Below, piece by piece: positions 48,315 to 57,853 of a stretch of DNA of 64,000 bases. Below the pieces are notes generated by a model. It was given only the letters and a program-made list of their open reading frames with translations. It was not told the origin of the DNA and did no database searches. The number at the start of each line of letters is the position of its first letter. The stretch's first letter is position 1. The DNA comes from an uncultured Acidobacteriota bacterium (GTDB taxonomy: Bacteria; Acidobacteriota; Thermoanaerobaculia; Multivoradales; SZUA-115). Location of the stretch: positions 224,001 through 288,000 of the forward strand of contig CAWDVR010000003.1 of NCBI GenBank assembly GCA_963805975.1, in the 5' to 3' direction. The position numbers were made by a program, and so were the translations under genes.

Positions 48315-49964
48315 GTGAACCTCGCGTTCCGCCTCGCCGTCGCCCTGGTGGCCCTGCTCGCCGCGGCCGGCGCCGGCGCCCGCTACTCCGCCTTTCGGGA
48401 CGAGCGCGAGGCCCTGCTCGCCAGGGCGCGCCCGCTCGCCCAGCAGGCGGCGACACGCGACGTCCTCGCCGGCCTGCGCAGCGAGCCGAGCCTCGCCGCG
48501 GCCCGGGCGCGGGTGGCTCGCGCCCTGGTCGCCGAGGTGCTGCGCCCCGGAGCCCGCGATGCGGCGGGTCTCGCGGCCGACCTCGCCCGGCTCGAGCTGG
48601 CGCAGTCGCTCTCCACCCAGGCCCTGGCCCGGGAGCCGGCGAGCTGGGAGGCCCACCTGGCTCTGGGAGCCTCCACCTACCTGAGCTGGTCCCTCGCCCA
48701 GGACAACCGCCTGTTCGTCGAGACCCGCGCCTGGGAGAAGCCGCTCGAACGGGCGCAGGAGCTGGCTCCCGGGCGCCAGGAACCGGCCCGATTCCTGTCC
48801 CTCGCCTACCTCGAGCTGTGGCGGGTGCTGCCGCCCTGGAAGCGCGACGAGGCCCGGAAGCTCATCCGCCAGGGCCTCGGCGACCCGGCGACCTTCGACC
48901 GCCTGATCGAGCCCTGGCTCGAGGTCTCCTCCCACGAAGGGCCGGAGGCCCGCGAGGCGGCCCTCGCCCTGGTGCCGCCCGAGCCCTTCGCCTGGCAGCG
49001 GCTCGAGCGCCTGTTCGCGGTCCGGGGCGACTGGCCGGCCTTTGCCGGGAGCGCTGCCCGGCTCGAAGAGGCGCTCCTCGGCGACCTCGACCGGCAGGTG
49101 ACGGCAGCCGAGGCGCGGCTCGAGGCGGGCGAGCTCGCCGCGGCGCGCGCCGGGCTGCTCGCGGCCCTGGCGCAGATGCCGGTCGACGGCCGCTTCGCGC
49201 CCCTCTTCGCCCGCGCCATGCAGCGGCTCCCGGCCGGCCCCTTCGATGCCGCCACGCTGCCGGCGCTCGAAGCCTGGCTGGACTGGGCGCTCGATCTCTG
49301 CGCCGACCGCGACTGCCCGCTGCCCCCCGCCGTGCTCGGCCGGCTCGCGCGCGGCTGCCAGCCGCGCGAGCCGCCGGCCGCCGCGCTCGCCGCGCTCGCG
49401 AGTGGCGACTGGGCCGGCGCCGAGCGCATCGAACGCCAGGCCGCGGGCGCTGCACAGTCGGATTGGGCGCCCTACCGGCTCGCCAAGGCCCGGCATCTCG
49501 CAGCGGCCGGCGACGCGGCCGGGGCCGAGGCGGCGCTCGAAGCCTTGCCGCAGTGGGCGCGGAGCGGGCCCGGCTACTGGACGGCGCGGCTCGCCGTGGC
49601 GCGCCGGCTCTCCGACCCGCCGGCGACCGCCGAAGCCGAGACCCAGCTCGCCTTCCTCGCGACCGACAAGCTCCCCGCCGCGGCCTGGCAGTGCCGCGGC
49701 GCGTCCTGCGTTCTCGAGCTTTCGGTGGCAGGAAAGGCGAGCGGGCTGCGCATCGCCCTCGCCGCCGTCGCGCCGGCCGGGGCCGCCCTCGAGGCGCGGA
49801 TCGACGGCAGCTCCGCCGGCACCTTCGCCCTCTCCCCCGCCGCCACCGAGATCCTGATCCCGGCAGCCCTCGGCCCCGGCCCGCACCGGCTGGATCTCGA
49901 GGCCCTGGCCGGCACCAGCGTCGAGCCGGGAGAGGTGGAGGTGGTGCGCTCGATCGGTTCGTGA
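48315..49964 (+). CDS. Membrane-anchored helical-repeat (TPR-like) hypothetical protein
   Basis: GTG start, hydrophobic N-terminus, Ala/Leu-rich helices, beta-rich C-terminal domain. Confidence 0.6.
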   Translation: MNLAFRLAVALVALLAAAGAGARYSAFRDEREALLARARPLAQQAATRDVLAGLRSEPSLAAARARVARALVAEVLRPGARDAAGLAADLARLELAQSLSTQALAREPASWEAHLALGASTYLSWSLAQDNRLFVETRAWEKPLERAQELAPGRQEPARFLSLAYLELWRVLPPWKRDEARKLIRQGLGDPATFDRLIEPWLEVSSHEGPEAREAALALVPPEPFAWQRLERLFAVRGDWPAFAGSAARLEEALLGDLDRQVTAAEARLEAGELAAARAGLLAALAQMPVDGRFAPLFARAMQRLPAGPFDAATLPALEAWLDWALDLCADRDCPLPPAVLGRLARGCQPREPPAAALAALASGDWAGAERIERQAAGAAQSDWAPYRLAKARHLAAAGDAAGAEAALEALPQWARSGPGYWTARLAVARRLSDPPATAEAETQLAFLATDKLPAAAWQCRGASCVLELSVAGKASGLRIALAAVAPAGAALEARIDGSSAGTFALSPAATEILIPAALGPGPHRLDLEALAGTSVEPGEVEVVRSIGS

Positions 49965-50047
49965 CCGCCGGCGATCTCGATCGAAGTCGGTTTGCGCGGA
50001 GGAATGGCGCATCACTCTATGGAGGACCGACGAGAAAGGGACCCCAT

Positions 50048-50290
50048 ATGAGCGAGCTGGATTGCCTACTTCAAGACGTGCAGCAGAACCCTCGGCTCCT
50101 GGACGGTTTGAGGAGTCGGCTCGGCGACACCAACGATCTGCGGCGCTGGGCCCACGAGCAGGGCTACGAGCTCGACGAAGGGGAGGTGGCCGTGCTCCGG
50201 GAGAACGGCCGGGAGCTCTCGGACGAGGAGATCGACCAGGCGGCGGCCGGAGCATGGGCACCGACGCCATCGGCCGGCGACACCCAGTAG
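50048..50290 (+). CDS. Nif11-like leader RiPP precursor (80 aa)
   Basis: Helical leader ...AHEQGY...ELSDEEIDQAAAG, then core AWAPTPSAGDTQ. Confidence 0.75.
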   Translation: MSELDCLLQDVQQNPRLLDGLRSRLGDTNDLRRWAHEQGYELDEGEVAVLRENGRELSDEEIDQAAAGAWAPTPSAGDTQ

Positions 50291-50316
50291 CGGCAGCGGA
50301 GCCCGGAGCCACGGCG

Positions 50317-50556
50317 TTGAGCTACTCGCGCTGGCTCGACGTCGCCTCCCCCCACCTCAACGAGCCGCTCCTCGGGGCCTCGGAGGTCGCCCGCCTGAAG
50401 GCGCTGGCCCGCTCTCTGCCGGCGACTTGCCAGGGCGTCCTCGAGGCCCGCCTCGCACACGGATCGCCGGCGGTCGATCTCGCCGTGCAGGTGGCGTCAG
50501 GTAGATCTTCGTCTTGGGCTCTCGATCCGGTCCGCAGAGCACCTTCACGTGGCTGA
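50317..50556 (+). pseudogene. Truncated N-terminus of a putative RiPP maturase
   Basis: Protein-like SYSRWLDVASPHL...LARSLP...VLEARL...VDLAVQV that becomes unconvincing after about 50495 and stops. Confidence 0.45.
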
Positions 50557-50647
50557 GGCCGCGAACGCACCTGGTACTGAACTCGGGCGCGGTAGCACTT
50601 CGCCCTCGCCTGCGACGACCGCCAGAGCGGCGGCCTGGGCCATCGGG

Positions 50648-50869
50648 CTAGCGGCCGAACTGGTAGAGGAGAGGCCGATAGAGCGGCTCGGGGATTGGCT
50701 TGCCCTGCTCGCGAGCCGTCTCGAGCCACGCCCCCTTGGCCAGCTCGACCTCCGCCAGAGCTGCCTCAGGGGTGTCCCCAAAGGCAGAGCAGAAGGCGAG
50801 GTCGGGGATGTCGGCGACGTAGCACCGATCCTCGTCGCTCCAGAAAATGTTGATGTGGTAGTCCTTCAA
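50648..50869 (-). CDS. hicB: HicB-family antitoxin (short form)
   Basis: YVADIPDL..CSAFGDTPEAAL...W...G.PIPEP. Confidence 0.9.
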   Translation of the reverse strand: MKDYHINIFWSDEDRCYVADIPDLAFCSAFGDTPEAALAEVELAKGAWLETAREQGKPIPEPLYRPLLYQFGR

Positions 50870-51123
50870 GGCTCGTCCTCCAAGCGGAGATTGTAACGCT
50901 CCACCAACCGGAGAAACTGCCGGACCTGATAAGGCTTGGCCTCGCCGCGATCGGGTTGGAGGTTGAGCATCTCGGGGATGGTTGGATGGAAGAAAGTCTG
51001 ATGACTGCCGCGAGACCGACCCGGTCGAAACCCAAATGCCTCGATCAGACCGAGCAGCTCCGCGAAGCCGACGTTCTGGAGGTGGCCTTGGAGCAGGCGA
51101 CGAAGCAGCCGCCGGCGATTCAC
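50866..51123 (-). CDS. hicA: HicA-family toxin
   Basis: FGF...RGSH..F.HP, AKPYQVRQ; overlaps hicB start. Confidence 0.88.
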   Translation of the reverse strand: MNRRRLLRRLLQGHLQNVGFAELLGLIEAFGFRPGRSRGSHQTFFHPTIPEMLNLQPDRGEAKPYQVRQFLRLVERYNLRLEDEP

Positions 51124-51142
51124 AGAGAAGCTCCTCGACGGA

Positions 51143-52519
51143 TCATGATTCTTCCGTGCGCTCCTCCACCCGCGCCCCGCACGCCGCGCCCACGACGACC
51201 GCCAGGGTCAGGGCGTTGGCGGGCATGGTGAGGCCGAAGTCGAAGAGCTCGTGCAGGCCGACCGCGGTGAGGGCGCCGCAGGCGGCCAGGGCCGCGGCGC
51301 GATCCTCGGAGCGGGCGCCGCGGGTGAGCACCCGGTAGAGGCGCCTGGCGAGCGCCGCGAGCCCCAGGAGGAGGAGCGCCAGGCCGGCGACCCCGGCGGT
51401 CACCAGCAGCTCCAGCCAGTCGCTGTGCGCGTGCCACCAGGCGCCGGTGACGGCCGGCGGCTGCACCGCGGGAAAACCCTCGCGGAAGGTGCCGAGGCCG
51501 GTGCCGAGAACGGGGAAGCGCTGCCACAGCTCGAGCGAGCCGCCGTAGACCGCGAGCCGGCCGGCGACCCCGCCCACGGACGAAGGCGCGAGCCAGCGCT
51601 CGAAGCCCTGCCGCACGCCGAGGGTGAGCAACAGGGCGAGGCCGGCCGCGCCGAGGCCCAGGCCCAGGAGCGCCGGCCGCAGGCTCCGCCGGCTGGCTGC
51701 CAGGATGCCGGCCTGCGCCATGGTGCCGAGGACCGCCGCCGCCATACCCGCCCGCGAGCCGGTGAAGGCGAGGCAGGCGAAGAGCGCCGCCCAGAGCAGG
51801 AGCGGTGGCCCGGCCAGCAGCACCTTGGATTCGATTCGCACCTCGTAGCGCGCCCGGCGCAGCGCCCACCAGGCGAGGGCGAAGGCGGCGGCGAGCGCGA
51901 TCTCGAGGTAGGTCGCGAGGTGGTTGGGGTTGACGAAGGTGCCGCGCATCCGGGTGGCGTCGCTCTCCACCGCGATGCCCCAGATGGACCGCGAGACGGC
52001 AAACCAGCCGCGCAGCGCATGCAGCAGCTCGCAGCCCACCCCGAGCGCCAGGGCCAGGGTGAGGAGGCGCCGCGGGCCACGGTGCGAACCGGCGAGGCCG
52101 GCGGCGGCGAGCGCGGCGGCCACGGCCAAGAAGCTCACCGCCACGGCGCGCGAGACGCCGGGGGCGAGCGACAGGGTGAGGGCGGGCGGCACCACTTCGA
52201 GCGGCATCACGGCGGCGGTCCGCTCGGCGAGGCGGAGATGCTCGGGTGAGAGCTTCTCGACCAGGCCACGCGGCCAGGCGAGCGATTGCAGGGCCCCCAG
52301 GAGCGCCAGGGCCACAAGCGCCGCCGCCGGCCAGGCGATGGTTCTCCAGGCCGCGGTCTCACGCGCCGTGAGCGCGCCGGCGGCGAAGGCGAGGAGCGCC
52401 AGCGCGGCGAGCGACGCGGTAGCCCAGGGCACCACGCCACCGAAAGGCAGAGGGGCGAGCACCAGGAGCAAAGCCAGGAGACCGGCGCTCAGCCAGCCCT
52501 CTCCGCGGCCGGGACTCAT
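51143..52519 (-). CDS. O-antigen ligase (Wzy_C) family protein
   Basis: GTFVNPNHLA, TGSRAG, GTGLGTF, HAHSDWLE. Confidence 0.9.
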   Translation of the reverse strand: MSPGRGEGWLSAGLLALLLVLAPLPFGGVVPWATASLAALALLAFAAGALTARETAAWRTIAWPAAALVALALLGALQSLAWPRGLVEKLSPEHLRLAERTAAVMPLEVVPPALTLSLAPGVSRAVAVSFLAVAAALAAAGLAGSHRGPRRLLTLALALGVGCELLHALRGWFAVSRSIWGIAVESDATRMRGTFVNPNHLATYLEIALAAAFALAWWALRRARYEVRIESKVLLAGPPLLLWAALFACLAFTGSRAGMAAAVLGTMAQAGILAASRRSLRPALLGLGLGAAGLALLLTLGVRQGFERWLAPSSVGGVAGRLAVYGGSLELWQRFPVLGTGLGTFREGFPAVQPPAVTGAWWHAHSDWLELLVTAGVAGLALLLLGLAALARRLYRVLTRGARSEDRAAALAACGALTAVGLHELFDFGLTMPANALTLAVVVGAACGARVEERTEES

Positions 52520-52534
52520 GGGAGATCGCGTATC

Positions 52535-53866
52535 ATGGCGCCCCGCATGCGTCTCGCGTCCCTCTCGTGCCGGGCTCCGCTCCTCGCTCTGGCCCTCGGC
52601 CTGGCCGCTGCTCCCCCTGCGTTCGCGCAATTTGCGCAGTATACGCCGCCGGGAGGCGTAGCCGACGAGCCCGGAACCCGCAAGGAGAACATGGAAAAGG
52701 CGATCGAGGCGGCCCGCTGGCACCTCGGCCCCCTGCGCGTGGAGCCGTGGTTCGGGCTGCGCGAGATCGGCTACGTCGACGATGCCGCTCCGCAGGCAGA
52801 CGGTACCGGCGGCCAGGACGGGCAGTTCACCGCCACCGGCGGCGCCGGTCTCAAGACCTACCTCCCGATGGGCCCCAAGGTGGTGCTGGCGGCGCATTTC
52901 CTGCCCGAGTACGTCTGGGCCGAGGAAGAAGAGATGCGGCGCACCACCGGCCGCTTCGGCGCCGGCTTCTTCGGCTTCTTCAACCGGCTGACGGTCGAGG
53001 CGACGGCGACCCGCACCGAGCAGCTCGCGGTGGTGACGCCGGAGGTGCTGCGCCGCACCGACAGCCGCGCCGACCAGGCCGCGGGCTCGCTCGAGCTCAA
53101 CGTGCTGCGCTCACTCTACGTCTTCGCCGGCTCGACCTTGACGCGGGTGGAGAACCAGGTCGATGCGGCGGACGACCCCCAGCTCGCCCTCCTCTCGCGC
53201 CTCGACCGCGAGGAGCAGGTGACCCGCGCCGGGCTGCGCCTCAAGACCCGCCGCGGCTGGCGGATCGGCGCCGGCTTCGAGCGCTCCGACGTCGACTTCG
53301 AGCGCGAGGCGGGCGAGGGTCCATCCTCGGCGGACCGCTCCAACTCGGGCACCGCGCCGGTGCTCGAGCTGGTGCGCGTGGAGGGCAAGATCGAGGCGGC
53401 GGTCGACGTCGCCTGGCGCTCGCTCGAACCCAAGGGTGACGCGCCGTTCGTGCCGTTCGACGGTGTGACCGGCAGCCTGCGGCTGGGCTGGGGCTCCGGC
53501 GGCAGGCTGACGCCGGCGGTCTACGCCGCTCGCAACCTGGTCTATGCCCTGGACCCCGACTACTCCTATCTCGAGAGCGACCGCTACGGGCTGTCGCTCG
53601 CGCTGCGGCTCGGCCACCGCACGCAGCTCGTGGCGTTCGCCGAAACCGGGACCGACGACTACCAGCCCACCGACCTCGCTCCGCCGAGGAGCGACGACCA
53701 GCTCGCCTACGGCATCACGGCGGCGCTCGACCTGGGCCGCTCGCTGCGCTTCTCGTTCGGCTGGAGCCGGGAGGAGTACGACTCGAACGTCGCCGCCGGC
53801 GACCGCGACCTGACGGTCCTGCGCGGCGGGGTGACGCTCGGCCGCGGCGTGTCACCCTGGTACTGA
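52535..53866 (+). CDS. Outer-membrane beta-barrel associated with polysaccharide export
   Basis: Signal peptide (AFA-Q), amphipathic beta-strands, aromatic C-terminus; directly upstream of wza. Confidence 0.7.
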   Translation: MAPRMRLASLSCRAPLLALALGLAAAPPAFAQFAQYTPPGGVADEPGTRKENMEKAIEAARWHLGPLRVEPWFGLREIGYVDDAAPQADGTGGQDGQFTATGGAGLKTYLPMGPKVVLAAHFLPEYVWAEEEEMRRTTGRFGAGFFGFFNRLTVEATATRTEQLAVVTPEVLRRTDSRADQAAGSLELNVLRSLYVFAGSTLTRVENQVDAADDPQLALLSRLDREEQVTRAGLRLKTRRGWRIGAGFERSDVDFEREAGEGPSSADRSNSGTAPVLELVRVEGKIEAAVDVAWRSLEPKGDAPFVPFDGVTGSLRLGWGSGGRLTPAVYAARNLVYALDPDYSYLESDRYGLSLALRLGHRTQLVAFAETGTDDYQPTDLAPPRSDDQLAYGITAALDLGRSLRFSFGWSREEYDSNVAAGDRDLTVLRGGVTLGRGVSPWY

Positions 53867-53913
53867 GGGCGGCGGTACCGAGGGCGGCGTGGGGCCGTGG
53901 TAAACTCAACGCT

Positions 53914-54759
53914 GTGAGGAATATAGGTTCCAGTCTATTCTTTATCTGCGCGCTCTTCTGCCTGACCTCACGCGCCGGGGCCCAAGGGCCGGCCGGCTCG
54001 CGCTACCAGGTCGGGCCCAGGGACCTGATCGAGGTCAAGGTGCTCGGCGTCGAGGAGCTCAACGGTGAGCTGCGGGTCTCCGAGGACGGCAAGATCAACC
54101 TGCCCCTGATCGGCGACGTAGAGGTAGCGGGGCTCACCGATGCCGAGATCCGCCTCAAGATCAAGACCCTGCTCGAGTCCAAGTACCTCCAGGACCAGGC
54201 GGCGGCGGTGTCGGTGCTGATCAAGGAGTTCCGTTCGCGGCCGATCTCGGTGATCGGCGCGGTCCAGCATCCGGGGCCGCTGTCCTTTCCCGGGCGCTGG
54301 ACCTTGATCGAGGCGCTGACCACCGCCGGCGGCGTGCTGGCCGATCACGGCAACGCCGTGCACGTGCTGCGGCGCTCGGAGAACGGCCTCACCGACCAGG
54401 TGGAGATCGCCCTCGACGCGCTGCTGCTGCGGGCGGACCCGCGCGCCAACATCCCGATCTTCGCCAACGACCTGATCAACGTGCCGGCGGCGGTCTCCAT
54501 CACCGTGTTCATCGTCGGCGAGGTGCGGGCCCCCGGCGCGCTCGCCTTCAAGAGCACCGAGCGCATCACCGTGCTGACCGCGCTGGCGCGCGCCGGCGGC
54601 CTCACCGACCGCGCGGCGCGCACCGTGGTCATCCGCCGTCAGGGCAAGGGCGGCGAGGAGGAGATCACCGTCGACGCCAAGCGTATCCTCGGCGGCAAGG
54701 AACCCGACGTCGAGCTGCAGCAGGGAGACGTCGTGGTGGTGAAGGAGGCTTTCTTTTGA
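53914..54759 (+). CDS. wza: Polysaccharide export protein (OPX/Wza, Poly_export + SLBB)
   Basis: YQVGPRD, DGKINLPLIG, AGLT, GEVRAPG, LQQGDVVVV. Confidence 0.88.
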   Translation: MRNIGSSLFFICALFCLTSRAGAQGPAGSRYQVGPRDLIEVKVLGVEELNGELRVSEDGKINLPLIGDVEVAGLTDAEIRLKIKTLLESKYLQDQAAAVSVLIKEFRSRPISVIGAVQHPGPLSFPGRWTLIEALTTAGGVLADHGNAVHVLRRSENGLTDQVEIALDALLLRADPRANIPIFANDLINVPAAVSITVFIVGEVRAPGALAFKSTERITVLTALARAGGLTDRAARTVVIRRQGKGGEEEITVDAKRILGGKEPDVELQQGDVVVVKEAFF

Positions 54760-57116
54760 GCAACCTGGTGCCGCGCGAGAGCCGCGTTCCGACCTACTCC
54801 CCGCCGCCCCCGGCGGTGGCGCCCGAGGCCTCGTTCGATCCCTTCGGCGCGGACGCCCCCGGCGGGTCCGAGGCGAGCTCGTTCCGCATCGCCGACTACC
54901 TGCAGATCCTCAAGCGCCGCTGGCGCCTGGTGGTGGCCATCGTGGCGCTGTCGCTCGCCGGCGCGGCGGTGCGCTACTCGATCACGCCGCGCGAGTACCG
55001 CGCCGAGACCCAGATCCAGATCGAGCGCCGCAGCCTGAGCTCTCTCGCCAGCAGCCAGAACAACACCAACGCCTGGCTCGAGAGCTGGTGGAACCTCGAG
55101 TACTACCCGACGCAGTACCGGCTGCTGCAGAGCCGCGGTCTCGCCGAGCGCGTGGTCAAGAACCTGCGCCTGGCCGACGACCCGGAGTTCAACCGCGGCG
55201 GGCCACGGCTCTCCGGGGGCGGCCCCGACGCGCCCACGGCGGCGGACGACGAGGCCGTGCTCGGCGCTCTCGCCGGTCAGCTCCTGGGCGGGCTCGAGGT
55301 CACCCCGATCGGCGGCACGCAACTGGTCGCGATCTCCTACCGCTCGCAGAGCCCGCGCCTGGCGGCGTCGGTGGCCAACGGCTTCGCCGAGGCCTTCATC
55401 GAGTGGGGCATCGAGGGCCGGAGCGAGACCGTGGGCCGCGCCTCGAGCTTCCTCGAGAAGCAGATCGGCACGCTCAAGGACGAGATCGGCGCCAAGGAGA
55501 ACAAGCTCCGCGAGCTGTCGCGGAGCTCCGGGCTGATCAACATCGGACCGGAGTCCAACCCCACCGAAGACCGTCTCGCCAGCCTCAACCAGGACTATGC
55601 CAAGGCCAAGGCGGAGCGCATCGTCAAGGAGGCCCGCTACCGCGAGCTGACCTCGTCGCGCGACGAGGCGGTCGCCGGCGCGGTGTCGAACACGCTGGTC
55701 GCGGGGTTGCGCGCCGAGCTGCTGCGGCTGCGCCAGGAGTACGAGGCCAAGCTCAAGACCTACCGCCCCGAATACAAGGACATGGTGACCCTCAAGGGCA
55801 CCATCGACGAGCAGGAGCAGGCGTTGAACGACGCCGTCCGCGACGTGGTGACCAAGGCACGCGACGCCGCGTACTCCGACTACCAGACGGCGCTGCGCAC
55901 CGAGCAGAACTTCTCGCGCGAGCTGACGGTGGCGCAGAACGAGAGCCTTTCCCAGAACTCGGCCGCCGTCGACTACTCCAACATGGTGAGCGAGATCGGG
56001 ACCCTGCGCGACACGCTCAACGACTTGCAGAAGAAACAGTCCGAGACCAGCGTCACCTCGAACCTCCAGGAGACCCGCGAGTCCAACGTGCACGTGGTCG
56101 ACCGCGCCCTGATGCCGGGCGGCCCGTTCCGGCCCTCGCTCCGGCGCGAGCTCACGCTCGGCCTGATGCTGGGTTTCGTGATCGGTATCGGCCTCGTCTT
56201 CCTGCTCGAGTTCCTGGACCGCTCGATCAAGGACCCGGCCGACCTCGAGAAGCTGACCGGCCTGCCCACCCTGGCCGTGATCCCGGACTCCGCCGACGGC
56301 CTGGGCACCGGCAAGGGCTCCTACGGCTATGGCTACGGCTACGGAGCCAGGCCCGGCAAGGCCAAGAAGGGCCGCTGGCTCGAGAAGCGCACGGAGGAGG
56401 ACATCGCCATCGAGCTCCTGCCGCACGCGCGGCCGCGGCTCGCCATCGCCGAGGCGTACCGTTCGCTGCGCACCGCGCTCCTGCTGTCCTCCGCCGAGGT
56501 CTTGCAGGTCATCACCGTCACCTCGGCCGAGAGCGGCGAGGGCAAGACCACCACCGCGGTCAACGTGGCGGTGGTGATGGCGCAGCTCGGCCGCCGCGTG
56601 CTGCTGATCGACGGTGACTTGAGGAAGCCCCGGCTGCACGAGATCTTCCAGGTCTCGAACCGCTTCGGGGTGACCAACCTGCTGACCGGCGGCGGCAAGA
56701 TCGAAGAGGTCTTCCTGCGCACCGCCGTGCCCAACCTCTACGTCATCCCCGCCGGGCCGTGCCCGCCCAACCCGGCGGAGCTCCTGGCCTCCGAGCGTAT
56801 GCGCGACTTCCTGCACCAGGTGCGCGGCACCTTCGAGTTCGTGGTCATCGACTCGCCGCCGGCGCTCGCCGTCACCGACGCCACCCTGATCGGCCACCTG
56901 GTCGACGGCGTGCTGCTCTGCTTCGCCGCCGGCAAGGTGCCGCGTGAAGAGATCCGCGCCTGCCACGACCGGCTGGTGCGCAACGAGGTGCGGATCCTGG
57001 GCACGGTGCTCAACCGCTACCGCAGCAACCAGGGCCGCTACGGCAAGCGCTACCAGCGCTACGAGACCTACGCCTCCGAGAACCCCGAGGAGGCGGCCAC
57101 CGACTCCGCCGCATGA
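54756..57116 (+). CDS. wzc: Polysaccharide co-polymerase/BY tyrosine kinase
   Basis: Two TMs, coiled coil, AEAYRSLRT, GEGKT, IDGDLRKP, IDSPP, Tyr-rich tail. Confidence 0.92.
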   Translation: MSNLVPRESRVPTYSPPPPAVAPEASFDPFGADAPGGSEASSFRIADYLQILKRRWRLVVAIVALSLAGAAVRYSITPREYRAETQIQIERRSLSSLASSQNNTNAWLESWWNLEYYPTQYRLLQSRGLAERVVKNLRLADDPEFNRGGPRLSGGGPDAPTAADDEAVLGALAGQLLGGLEVTPIGGTQLVAISYRSQSPRLAASVANGFAEAFIEWGIEGRSETVGRASSFLEKQIGTLKDEIGAKENKLRELSRSSGLINIGPESNPTEDRLASLNQDYAKAKAERIVKEARYRELTSSRDEAVAGAVSNTLVAGLRAELLRLRQEYEAKLKTYRPEYKDMVTLKGTIDEQEQALNDAVRDVVTKARDAAYSDYQTALRTEQNFSRELTVAQNESLSQNSAAVDYSNMVSEIGTLRDTLNDLQKKQSETSVTSNLQETRESNVHVVDRALMPGGPFRPSLRRELTLGLMLGFVIGIGLVFLLEFLDRSIKDPADLEKLTGLPTLAVIPDSADGLGTGKGSYGYGYGYGARPGKAKKGRWLEKRTEEDIAIELLPHARPRLAIAEAYRSLRTALLLSSAEVLQVITVTSAESGEGKTTTAVNVAVVMAQLGRRVLLIDGDLRKPRLHEIFQVSNRFGVTNLLTGGGKIEEVFLRTAVPNLYVIPAGPCPPNPAELLASERMRDFLHQVRGTFEFVVIDSPPALAVTDATLIGHLVDGVLLCFAAGKVPREEIRACHDRLVRNEVRILGTVLNRYRSNQGRYGKRYQRYETYASENPEEAATDSAA

Positions 57117-57853
57117 TGACCGATCTGCACTGCCACATCCTGCCCGGCGTCGACGACGGGCCCTGGCACATGGAGGAGTCGATCGCCATGTGCCGGCTGG
57201 CCGAGGCCCAGGGCTGCGGCGTGCTGGTGGCGACCCCCCACCAGCGGCACCCGACCTTCTGGAACGACGACCGTGCCCGGCTGGAAGCCCTCGCCGCGGA
57301 ACTGCAGGCGCGGCTCGGCGAGTCGCCGCGGGTGCTCCTCGGCGCCGAGATCCGCGTCGACAGCGGTCTCGTGGCCGCGGTCGACGAGCTGCCCGGCGGC
57401 AGCGTCCTGCCCCTCGCCGGCTCGCGCTATCTGCTGATCGAGCTCAACCGTCACGAACAGGTGGGCGACCCCGCGGAGCTGGTCCACGAGCTCGCGGTCG
57501 CGGGCTGGCAGCCGATCGTCGCCCATCCGGAGCACTACCCCTGGCTGCTCGCCCAACCGCGGTTGATGGAGCGTCTGCTCTCGCTGGGCGCGCTCTTCCA
57601 GATCACCGCCGCCAGCTTGCTCGGGAGCTTCGGCCGCCGGGCGCAGCTCGCCTGCCGCAACCTGCTCGACGCCGGCTGGGTCCACTTCGTGGCGAGCGAC
57701 GCGCACGGCATCGACCGCCGGCCGCCGGGCCTCGCCGCCGCCTACGCCGCTCTCGCCCAGGGCTGGGGCGAGGACACCGCCCGTGCCCTGACCAGCGGCA
57801 ACCCCGGCGCCGTGATCGAGAACCGCTCCCTCACCCATCCGGTCTATGCCTGA
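57113..57853 (+). CDS. CpsB/CapC PHP-type protein tyrosine phosphatase
   Basis: DLHCHILPGVDDG, ATPH, AHPE, ASDAH. Confidence 0.92.
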   Translation: MMTDLHCHILPGVDDGPWHMEESIAMCRLAEAQGCGVLVATPHQRHPTFWNDDRARLEALAAELQARLGESPRVLLGAEIRVDSGLVAAVDELPGGSVLPLAGSRYLLIELNRHEQVGDPAELVHELAVAGWQPIVAHPEHYPWLLAQPRLMERLLSLGALFQITAASLLGSFGRRAQLACRNLLDAGWVHFVASDAHGIDRRPPGLAAAYAALAQGWGEDTARALTSGNPGAVIENRSLTHPVYA

